In this document: piece after piece, positions 1 through 10,293 of the stretch | Position numbering within the stretch: position 1 is the first letter of the stretch | Layout: each line of letters starts with the position of its first letter | Assembly (NCBI GenBank): GCA_009103225.1 | Contig: RHPI01003330.1 | Span: forward strand, 648,730-712,729 | Length of the DNA: 64,000 nucleotides | Source: Chlorokybus atmophyticus | Lineage: Eukaryota; Plantae; Mesostigma and Chlorokybus algae | Direction: 5' to 3' | Made by a program: the position numbers and the translations under genes | Notes under the pieces: model-generated | The model's input: the letters and a program-made list of their open reading frames with translations, nothing else | Databases searched by the model: none | What the model was told of the DNA's origin: nothing

Positions 1-630
1 ACAGCCTAGTGGTAAGGCATCGAGCAGAAGTGCTGATCCTGCATGCAACTCAAGGTTTGTCCCAACCGAGATGCGCTGCATGCGTTGTGTTTGCATGGAA
101 ACTGTTTACGTACCGCCCAACCCATTAGTGTCCATTTCATGCGCCAAATGCTAATCCATACGAGCATCCTCTTCAAGCCCTGTGTTGAACAATGTTGAGG
201 AAGTTAGCTTCCATTCTACAGCGTCTGACCTCTAAGAACCTACAAGGTGACCTACACCTACAAGCTAACACTGGCGACGACACTAGCACTAGCGTGCATT
301 GCAGTTAAACCTCGCATGACAGGTGCTGCGGTATTGCACAGACAGCAGCTGAGTGCACGCTTCCCATCAGCATTTGGTATGCCAGAGATTACTGGCAGTT
401 GGTATCAGATTGCGTTGATAGCCAGTTGCTAATCGCTGACAGCTTTCAAGGCAGCAGCAAAGCTCACGCACTCCGCGCTGCACACATTGGGTGCTTGGAG
501 CCGCAGGGCTGGCGCCGTCACCCTGCATTGCTGCTTCTGCTGCGGGTTGCTCCGCTGCGGCATGGCATGCTGGGCGAAGCCCAACATGTCTCGGACGTAG
601 CGGGCGAGGCCGACCTGCTGCTCCACCGCT
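1..630 (-). repeat. Degenerate second copy of the element at ~4870-5700 (probable KDZ-type transposase remnant), truncated by the window start
   Basis: Colinear similarity with 4870-5700, e.g. 'cggacgtagcgggcgaggccgacctgctg' at ~593 and ~5662, and 'acgtaccgcccaaccca' at ~108 and ~5001. This copy lacks roughly 190 bp present in the other. Shared minus-strand peptide (V/E)QQVGLARYVRDM. Confidence 0.8.
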
Positions 631-699
631 GCAACAATCGACGATACATTACATGGGTACACAAACAGCATGGGTCCAAGAATCACCTACATACAACTA

Positions 700-2150
700 C
701 TAGGTACAGCAAATCTGCCTGCTACACCAAGTCTGATAAAGTCATGTCCGCCACATCGCCCAACGCCGTATCGCGAGCTGGCCTAGCGTCTCGTGATGGG
801 GCTGCTCGTAAAGCACCCGCCATCAAAGTCAAGATAGCGGATGCTTGAGAACGCTGCAGGATGACGGAGACACGCTGGCGAAACTGGGCGACCAACCGCT
901 GAATGAATCTACTCTCCAACTCGCGTGCATCAGCCACACGTCGAGCGCACAAGGACAACAGCTCGACAGCCGGTGCTCCCAGCCAGCCATGAGTCTCGAT
1001 GGCCAAAGGGATGTCGTAGTCGTCGTGATCATGGTGCTTGGTCTTCTTCTCGCGATCAGCTGTTATGACCCCCGCACCCGGACGTGGTCGGCAAGCCGTG
1101 ACTGTCACGTCCAGCAGCATGCGACTGTCGCTGCCTGGCTCGCAAGCCATCATGTCCATACGCCTCCCCTGCTGCTCGTGCTCCAACAATGGCAGTACAC
1201 CCGTCACCTCACATCTCACGACGTAACCCGCCTCTCGTGAGATCGCAGCGAAGGTGTCACGAGAAGCGTCATGAGTAGCTATGCAATGCCCGTCTCGCAT
1301 GCACATCGACAAGTGAGCATCCCTCGCACTCAGCAGCCAGCCTGACCCCGTCATTGGCATGTGTCATTGGCGTGTGGCACACGCGCAAAGGTAAATGCGC
1401 CAGCAGAGGGTGCCACCGTGGCAAAGCTAAGAGGTGACGCCCTCCAGTGCGATACTGAGCAACAGACAGGCGCAAGTCGTCACGAACAGGGACCGCTCAC
1501 AATTAAGCCCCTGCATCGATGCTCGCTGCCGACTGCAGGCGGTGCACGTCGCCGTGGCTGCTGGCTAGGATTTCTATGAAAGACGCTCGTATACTTGCAT
1601 CCAAGCATGAAGTCAGGTCCTACTGAAGATGTCCGCTCTGTGCCATCGCCACTGGCATGATGCCACGAATGCTGTCAGCTAAAATGAATCTGTGGTAACA
1701 GGGACGCAGCGAGGCAAAGGTCGTGATGGATATGCAAGTCTCCCACATCATCAATAGCCGCACTCAACCTGTCGTCATCACGCACAACCGCCAAACACCG
1801 GCGTACCACACTAGCCATCAATCTCCAGCCTCATAAGAACGCCGCCGGTGCAACAGCAGCTGCACGCCAAAGTCCCACACCACCCAAAGTCACTAGCAGC
1901 ATTGCTGCGGAGGTTGGCTGCTGCTGGCAGAGGTGCAAAGCAGGGTAGGGCGACAACTGCAAAGCGTAGATTTCACAAGCCTCGCGGGCTCTCAACTTGG
2001 ATTCCTCAATAGCGAGCCCTAACAAGCTGCTACAGCGTTACGCTGCGCAAGAAGGCCAGCCGAGAGTGGCTGATGTACTACTTGACATTTACCTCGTAGT
2101 GTTGTGCTTGTATCAGGTGAAGCCGCAGCCTGTCATGTCTAGCCACAATT
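700..2150 (-). mobile_element. CRE-clade (restriction-like endonuclease) non-LTR retrotransposon remnant, 3' part, disrupted
   Basis: Minus-strand peptides occur in the order typical of CRE/SLACS ORFs. Post-RT thumb: 'LVTLGGVGLWRAAAVAPAAFL' (1831-1900). Then 'RLQSAASIDAGA*L*AVP..LRLSVAQYR' with two in-frame stops (~1440-1530). Then zinc-knuckle/RLE domain: 'CMRDGHCIATHD...G..VRCE...RMDMMA...LLDVTV...EKKTKH...PLAIETHGWLG...FRQRVSVILQRSQA' (722-1300). Weak RT-like traces may extend to ~2450. Confidence 0.75.
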
Positions 2151-2802
2151 TAAGCCATGTGTACACCGCGAAGGTGACGATGCATGAATGCAAGACATGT
2201 CCATCATCAGCATAGCAATTGGATCACTGATGTTCCTCCTTGTTGGTCAGTCGGGTTGTTGTAGGCCAAGCGCTGCGTTTTGAATGGACAGCAGTCTGTG
2301 GAATACAGTGATGCCTTCAATTGTGTATATAAGGGGTATGGTACGGTGGCAGCATGCATGTGGACAATGTGTAATTAACATATATTCTGTACGACTGCAG
2401 GCGTTGTGCCAATCACACGGTGTACTATTGAGTTGGTTGCACGCCCTTACACATTGCCTGCTATGCCCGCAGTTTCCAACAAGGGCGATCTTCATGTCAA
2501 GTGTGGTTTGCGCCTAGAGACTTCTGTGCATGCCACCAGCGGTTCAAGTGCATGATGTAACCAGGTTCAGTTTGTGCAATGGTGTCAAGGGATGCTTGGT
2601 GACGCTGCTCGGGGAGGGGATAAAATGTACTTGTGAGGACACATGAACGGCCCTGTGGGCAAGTGTTATGATTGTGAGACTGCCTGGGGGTCATGCATGT
2701 TAAGATAGAGTTGACGTAGCAGTAGCCCATAGCCTGGCAGTGATAAAGATGGTGTTGATGGTTGCATGCTGTCATTATTGACAATGATGGTGAATCGCAT
2801 GC

Positions 2803-3008
2803 ATGTCATGTGAATGCATGAGACAGTGAACTGCACATGCAACGCCATGTTAGCATGCGTAGCTGCCTACCCAGTACACATGCACCCCCCGCCCCCGCGC
2901 GCGCGCGCGCGCGCGGGGGGGGGGGGTGCATGTGTACTGGGTAGGCAGCTACGCATGCTAACATGGCGTTGCATGTGCAGTTCACTGTCTCATGCATTCA
3001 CATGACAT
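2803..3008. repeat. 206-bp near-perfect palindrome centred on a C-run/(GC)n/G-run, ending at an N
   Basis: 2803-2905 is the reverse complement of 2906-3008 with one mismatch, giving the same ORF on both strands in the ORF track. The right arm stops exactly at the N at 3009, followed by poly-G. Likely an assembly fold-back. Confidence 0.9.
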
Positions 3009-3199
3009 NGGGGGGGGGGGGGGGGGACACAACATCAATCCATGCAGTACAGCCCGACAATAACTTGTGGCATATGCCAGACAAGAAGAGCGGACAGCGC
3101 TATTTCAACAGCACAACCTGGAAAGTGCACAGACACGTGGAAGACACAATGCCACGCCACCATCACAATACAGGTATATAACCATCTTCATGCACTTCA

Positions 3200-6100
3200 A
3201 TGCATTATGACACTTTGACAACCGGGTTGTGTGCACCCCACCCGTCCATTGAGCGGCGCATCCCCATTGACATGCGGTGCGTGGCTTGTCTCACATATTC
3301 GATGCCGGCGTCCACCTGTATGGTGCGTGCGATGGCATGAAGTTAGTACTTGGTACTGCATGTGCATGGTTAACGACTCACCTGTATGCATAAAGCAGGT
3401 GTACATGCAATGTTATTGTTCATACGCACCTGCTCGGCATGCCTCTCGCGATACAGCCGCAAGCAGAGGAAGAGCACAAAACCTGTTGCGGCACGCTCAT
3501 TGTCAGCAACCAATTGACAAAGTGGAAACAGAATAGTCAACAACACAGTGACTCCTGACAGTACAACGGCCTCTCACCAAGAAACAGCTTGGTGCCAAAC
3601 CCGAGCAGGCACCACGCGGTCAAGCCCGCAGCAGCAGCCGCTAGTCTGCGATGCTGGAATTCCTGCCACTGCCTCCACACGTCTAGTAAAACTGGTTTCA
3701 CTGCATACGCGTTACTTGGTGAGTGTGGTAGTCAAAGCGTCATCAGCGCATGTCTTGATGCAACCTACAGCTAGCTCGCAAGCTGTAGGCAAGGCGTAGC
3801 AGTGCAGCTAACAGCAGCAAAACTCACCATACAACTCAGCTTGCTCGCGATGTTGTACATACAACTTGGGTACAATGAAGGCTGCAACGAACGCTGCACA
3901 TCACATGATCATGAGCACAAGCTGTAGTTTAACAAGTCACGCAAACTGTAGGTTGCATCAAACGGTTTACCTGCTGAGAACAAAGTCATGAGCGAGAAGA
4001 AGGTACTCAATTGTGCAAGCAACCACAGCACCACAGCCACCTGCAGTGAGACAATTGTATTGCTTGTTAAGATTCAACACATATGCTCGTCTGGTCATCT
4101 TATAGTTAAGTAAGCGACGTGCACCTTCAATGTCATGGCTGTGTCTCCCACAAAGAACGACTTGTGCAAGTGCGCCGCAGCATTCCCTGCAGCCACCAGG
4201 CGGGCAGCCAGACGCTGTGCGCTCTCTTCGCTCAACCACGGCGCCTCTGTTTGGGGTTGCGCGGTACCCACATGCTGCCTGCCAGTGTTTTCTCAATATG
4301 AGTGACACACATCTAAAGCATCGGCTTGCATGCGTGTATCAATGCGCACTTACGCATAATGGCTTCGGAAGAACATGTAGCCCAAGTGAAGCAAAAGCCC
4401 GTATGCCACCAGGCCGACTGGGCTGCAAAGCAGTAATAACACTTGCAGTCAGTTAATGCTTCGGGTCAGCCAGCTTGTTATCCAGTCTTAGGTCTGGCGA
4501 TACCCACTATATACAAGGTGTAAGGTGTAGAATCGTGTGTTGCAAAGCTGTTGATGAGATGGAATTTGCCAATCATTCGTTTTGCTGTTAAGTGCACGAC
4601 ACATACAACCGCAAGCGCTGCCACTGCATTTCCTATGCACCTGATCACTGGCTCTGTCAATGCGTACTGCGACATGATGCAAAAGCAGCCTCCACCAAAG
4701 ATAAGGGACGTCCTTGATACATCCTTCCACATAAGAATGTCATGTACTGCAAGAACACAACCGAGTGCTAATGAGCGGAAGATTGTGTACTCATCAATAC
4801 GTTGGGTTGCAAAGTATTTCTACACCTTGCAAGCACACTATCGTGCCACACCTTGCTGAACGCGAGAGCTCTTGGCAGCAGGTCCTGACGTTGAGGCATT
4901 GAGCAAAAGAGCTGATCCTGCTTGCAACGTTAGTTTGTGACAATTGAGTCCAAATGTGCTGGATTGCTGTCGTTGAAGTTAGTTGCACAACAACCAGTTC
5001 ACGTACCGCCCAACCCATCAGAGTCCACTTCGCGTGCATCAAAGGCAGATCCATACGACGCATCCCTCTTCAAGCCCTGCATGAGGGCAAGCAATCAGCT
5101 ACACTCTCACCTACAAGGCTACTCTTGCAATGACACTAGCAATGTGCATCGCAGCAAACCAATATGACACGTGCTACCAGCATTGCAGAAACAGAAGCAG
5201 CTGAGTGCATGCTCCGACCAGCAACTTGAATGCCAGCGATTGCTGTCAATCGCAATCAGATTGATCAAGTCAAGCTGGTCGGTTGTGCTTGAGGGCGGCC
5301 TTTCTGCCATCTACTCTTGACGTGAAATGCAATAAAGCTAGCCGCTGTGGTTGAAGTATCATGCAACATAGACAGCCGCTGTTTGCTTACTTGACCCGTA
5401 GATCAACTGAGCAGCACAGACGTAAACAATTGGAGGGAAAGCACAAGGTAATCAGCAAGACAGTGCAAAGATTGCTAACTGCTGGCAGCCTTTACAGCAG
5501 CAGCAAGCTCACGCACTCTGCGCTGCACAGGTTGGGGGGACTCGGGTGCGTGCTCCAGGCTCATAGGGTGGCGACCGTCGCCGTCACCCTCAAATGCTGC
5601 TGCTGCACCTGAGGCTGGAATGCTCCTCTGCAACATGGTAGGGGCCAGCCCCACCATGTCCCGGACGTAGCGGGCGAGGCCGACCTGCTGATCCACCGGC
5701 ATCCCAAAGGAGGAGGAGGTGGAAGCGGGCAGCGGCGGCTCCGCCTCAGGCAGCTGTCGGCGAAGATGACCAGCGGAGGCGACGGTTGTGGCAATACGCT
5801 CAGAGCGCCGCCGCTGCGCTGCGCCTGACGCACTGTCCATGGCGTGCAAAGCAGTCAAACCAAGCTTGCAGTCAAAGAGTGCTCAGCAGCAAGGCACAGA
5901 GGAAAGAAGACAGCCAAAGCAGTCCCTTCTAGTTTCCGCCCAAGGCTGCTACCCTCAACACCCAGAATACAAATCCGGACGGCACTTGCTCACTGCCCCA
6001 GCCCTGGTTGTGTGTGCCCGCGGGTGGACTGGTCAGGAGCTAGACCACAAGTGAGAGTATGGTGTGAGCCTGCCAGCTGGCAGTTTGGGTGCACAAGAAA

Positions 6101-6220
6101 GCCAGCAGACTGACGGGGACGGGGAAAGTCTGACAAAGTTGAGCGGGAAGGGCTGGTCGCAACATCGAGCAGCCAATGGGAAGCACGTGGGATGGTAAGG
6201 CTGCTGCCGTGCAATGCAGC
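3200..6220 (-). mobile_element. Degenerate DNA-transposon ORF, probably Kyakuja-Dileera-Zisupton (KDZ) transposase family
   Basis: Across stops and frameshifts, minus-strand motifs appear in KDZ order. Cys-rich N-terminal region (~5860-6220). 'SARCGTIVCLQGVEILCNPTY' (resembles ARHG...LQKGE.Y). 'LAVHDIL' (resembles YDIxC). 'IGKFHL..HQQLCNTRF...G...TG*QAG*' (resembles FH..H..C...G.G..DGE..E..W) at ~4470-4580. A second copy lies at 1-630. Confidence 0.45.
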
Positions 6221-6255
6221 GCAATGAAAAATTATATTAAGAGCCAAAATCATGC

Positions 6256-6329
6256 CGCTCAGAGGAGGGCTCGAACCTCCGACCTTGTGGTTAACAGCCA
6301 CACGCTCTAGCCAACTGAGCTATCAAAGC
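6256..6329 (-). tRNA. tRNA-Asn (GTT), plant cytosolic type
   Basis: Cloverleaf GCTTTGA-TA-GCTC..GAGC-G-TGTGG-CT-GTT-AA-CCACA-AGGTC-GGAGG-TTCGAGC-CCTCC-TCTGAGC-G, with intact A and B boxes and a T4 run about 9 nt downstream. The acceptor stem has a U:U mismatch. Confidence 0.93.
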
Positions 6330-7075
6330 AGCTCTGCCCGCGGTGAAGTTTGCAACATATATATATACATAGTATGTTGTATATCAACATAACATTTCTA
6401 TGCATCAAACAATGCTGGAAGCTTTGAGCTCGACGCCATGCGCACACAAAACTCACGGCACGCTTGTGTGTAGATGCTAACCTGCTTTGAGGTCAACGTA
6501 ACAAACTCCACAACGTAAAATTGAGAGTATTGTTACTATAAAAAAATAATGGTTCCATCATTAAGTATTTGCATTCTTAAGCAATAAACTTACATACTTA
6601 AAGTGCCCGTCTCTTGTCTGCAAGGTTGCGTGGTATCTGCTAGTGTGCTTATGATGTACTTGCTGAGTGCTTGTGCACTACTACTTGTACACGTCTCATA
6701 CAGTATGCCAACGCCATAGCGGTGGTGGGGGGCGGGGGCTTAAAGCATGGCACATCACAACGCACCACTAATACTTTCGTCTTGCATGTCCTACTAACGC
6801 CCGATTTCAAGCCCAACTCTTAACCTCATATCCTTAGGTTGGTTGGTTGAGCCATTGCTACCTGCTGCCAAGTTGGCAGGTAGCAGCAGTGCCAACTGCC
6901 TGCCCCCTGCCATTACATTGCACAGCATATGGTAACGAGTTGGCGGCTTCGGGTGTAGTGTTAATTGCCTTTGTTTGCCCTACCATGCATCTTCACATGT
7001 GCACGCATGTTCGTGCATAACATATAAGCTGTATGTCGTGGTGACCACGATTTATACCCCCGGGTAGTACATTAA

Positions 7076-7107
7076 ACTGTGATCGTCTCTTCAGAGACGA
7101 TCACAGT
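7076..7107. repeat. Perfect 15-bp hairpin with 2-nt loop, bracketed by TTAA motifs
   Basis: actgtgatcgtctct-tc-agagacgatcacagt; TTAA at 7072-7075 and 7109-7112. Confidence 0.9.
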
Positions 7108-8371
7108 ATTAACTTGCTAGTAGGCAAGTTGCTTACCAGCCAATCTTGAGCTTTGTCTTTTTGTGAATGTGCCTTGTGCTTGCACATGTCTCATGCCTGA
7201 TCGACGCTGTTCATATGCATGAATATAAATAAACCTACTTATGGCACATTGTAGCGTACGATGACACAAATATAATGTGTAGACTGATGTTATTTAAAAA
7301 CCATATGAATAGGGTTCTTGAATTTATTTGCACAGGCAGACATTGCTGATGTGTATTACAGATGGTATGATGTAACAAGCTGTAATGGTAAGCTTATTTA
7401 TACTGAGCGCACATTGCACGCATATGGATACTTTTGCTCCAAAGATCATGAGTCGCATGTAGCAAGGCCGTGCAACAGCAAGCCAAAATCAAACCCACAA
7501 TGTTGCATTAAGCCTCTCAACGTCACCAATAAGCGCAAGCAACAAGCACGCGAACATGATAAGTTACCCAAACACATGCGCCACAATCACTGTGGCACGT
7601 GTGTCACGGTGAGCAAGTTGTCAAAAGGTGGGGTGGCCCGGGGGTATAAATCGTGGTCACCACGACATACAGCTTATATGTTATGCACGAACATGCGTGC
7701 ACATGTGAAGATGCATGGTAGGGCAAACAAAGGCAATTAACACTACACCCGAAGCCGCCAACTCGTTACCATATGCTGTGCAATGTAATGGCAGGGGGCA
7801 GGCAGTTGGCACTGCTGCTACCTGCCAACTTGGCAGCAGGTAGCAATGGCTCAACCAACCAACCTAAGGATATGAGGTTAAGAGTTGGGCTTGAAATCGG
7901 GCGTTAGTAGGACATGCAAGACGAAAGTATTAGTGGTGCGTTGTGATGTGCCATGCTTTAAGCCCCCGCCCCCCACCACCGCTATGGCGTTGGCATACTG
8001 TATGAGACGTGTACAAGTAGTAGTGCACAAGCACTCAGCAAGTACATCATAAGCACACTAGCAGATACCACGCAACCTTGCAGACAAGAGACGGGCACTT
8101 TAAGTATGTAAGTTTATTGCTTAAGAATGCAAATACTTAATGATGGAACCATTATTTTTTTATAGTAACAATACTCTCAATTTTACGTTGTGGAGTTTGT
8201 TACGTTGACCTCAAAGCAGGTTAGCATCTACACACAAGCGTGCCGTGAGTTTTGTGTGCGCATGGCGTCGAGCTCAAAGCTTCCAGCATTGTTTGATGCA
8301 TAGAAATGTTATGTTGATATACAACATACTATGTATATATATATGTTGCAAACTTCACCGCGGGCAGAGCT

Positions 8372-8445
8372 GCTTTGATAGCTCAGTTGGCTAGAGCGTG
8401 TGGCTGTTAACCACAAGGTCGGAGGTTCGAGCCCTCCTCTGAGCG
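8372..8445 (+). tRNA. tRNA-Asn (GTT), identical copy in the right arm of the inverted repeat (possibly an artefactual duplicate)
   Basis: Exact reverse complement of 6256-6329. Confidence 0.85.
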
Positions 8446-10293
8446 GCATGATTTTGGCTCTTAATATAATTTTTCATTGCGCTGCATTGCACGGCAGCAG
8501 CCTTACCATCCCACGTGCTTCCCATTGGCTGCTCGATGTTGCGACCAGCCCTTCCCGCTCAACTTTGTCAGACTTTCCCCGTCCCCGTCAGTCTGCTGGC
8601 TTTCTTGTGCACCCAAACTGCCAGCTGGCAGGCTCACACCATACTCTCACTTGTGGTCTAGCTCCTGACCAGTCCACCCGCGGGCACACACAACCAGGGC
8701 TGGGGCAGTGAGCAAGTGCCGTCCGGATTTGTATTCTGGGTGTTGAGGGTAGCAGCCTTGGGCGGAAACTAGAAGGGACTGCTTTGGCTGTCTTCTTTCC
8801 TCTGTGCCTTGCTGCTGAGCACTCTTTGACTGCAAGCTTGGTTTGACTGCTTTGCACGCCATGGACAGTGCGTCAGGNATTAAGAAATCTCAACGTCTCC
8901 AAAAGCATGGTTGCCATTATATGTGCGTGTACTCGAATCTCCGGAGCATGCGGCATGTGTGTGCGCGCGCGCGTGCGCGCGCCAAAGATGCCAAGGAGGC
9001 TGTGTGCGCAACAAATCCAAGCTGCACTACGGGGCATGGTGTGTAGCATGGTGTAGTGCAAGCAACAGTTAACACAGCAGACATTGTAGTCGCTCATACC
9101 GTCACCACCGGGCTAACCACTCATACTCTCATCTACGACACTACCAAATCAGCTAGCATTACGGCCCAACACTGTCCAACAAGAGTCATGCCTGCATAGG
9201 GTATGAGTCATACTGCACACATGCAGTCTGTACACACACTGCTCGTGTGTTGCACAGGTAATCAACCAACAATACGCATGTATGCATGCCTAACGGGGAG
9301 GTCTAGAGTAGGGTAGTGTCGTAGGTAAACAGGCAGTCAATATAGCCCAGTGGTGGTGTATGTGACTGTGTTTGCATGCTGGTTGGTATGCTATGCTGTT
9401 GTGACGTCATGCATGTCGCCAATTGTCTCGCGCATATCCTGTACACACGAACAACAATGCTTGTGGTAGAGTAGAGGGACCAAATTTCAAGGCAAGAGCA
9501 ATCTCACGGCAACAGAGCAAGCAACAACATAACACAACAGCCACAAACGCACTACCTGAATTATGAAACTGGGTCCAATGTGGATTTCTCGAGACTGGCA
9601 GGCAGGCAAGCAGGCAGGAGAGGACTAGCAGGGCAGCGGCCAGCAGTACTACCTACAGATGATGCATGCATACATGCGCTGTTTTATCTGCCAGACGGAC
9701 ATCGCATCAACGTCGACATGTCACATTTCCGAGGACAACCACCTGAACTTCCCCGCCGCCGCTGCAACTGCTGTCGTTCTTAGCAGTTCTGCACTGGAAA
9801 ATCTCGTCAGCTACCGTTTCAATGTGTATGTGATTGTGCTAGAGATGGTGACAAGCTAGCAACAGATTGCGTAAATCACCGCACTTGCAATGAAATGGAT
9901 TCACGGCTTGGCATATTGAATCTGTGGCGAGCTTAAGCCAAATTGGCACCATAACGCAATCAAAATAAGCTGCCCTGCACAAGCGTGACAGGGTAACATG
10001 CCTGCTTTTATATCATGAACGAGTGCATACACTGATGAGGTGTACTGTCTCTGTTTATACAAAACTGATGATGGCACGCAGAGCGCTGTCTTGCGGTATC
10101 AACTTGTTGTACAGATCTTATCTGCTTCTACAAGCTAGCCAGGAGTCAGCTGAATTCCCCCTACATCGTCAGTGTCTGCAGCTATGACAATTCAGCCCAC
10201 ACTGAATAATGCCTCCTACTCATCAACTACTGACTACAAACGCATCTGCGCGGGCGTCTCATGCACCAACACATTATGCGAATGCGGAAACCC

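Larger units (their letters stand above)
5824..8877. repeat. Perfect 1241-bp inverted repeat (arms 5824-7064 and 7637-8877; 572-bp spacer)
   Basis: Paired positions sum to 14701 wherever checked. Identical ORFs appear on opposite strands (5990-6301 -/8400-8711 +; 5844-6113 +/8588-8857 -). The inner boundary is a CCCGGG palindrome and the outer right boundary is the N at 8878. Confidence 0.95.

Noticed and set aside
2803-3030. 206-bp palindrome giving identical ORFs on both strands
   Set aside because: It is centred on a self-complementary (GC)n run, has arms of short-read length and ends exactly at an N followed by poly-G. This is the typical signature of a gap-filling fold-back, so it is not treated as biology.
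5990-6301. 103-aa ORF 'MAVNHKVGGSSPPLSG...' (also at 8400-8711)
   Set aside because: It is a spurious translation through the tRNA-Asn gene and its flank.
8879-9900. Short ORFs such as 'TDIASTSTCHISEDNHLNF...' and 'PDGHRINVDMSHF...'
   Set aside because: Two frames are equally plausible, and there is no recognisable motif or consistent splice chain.
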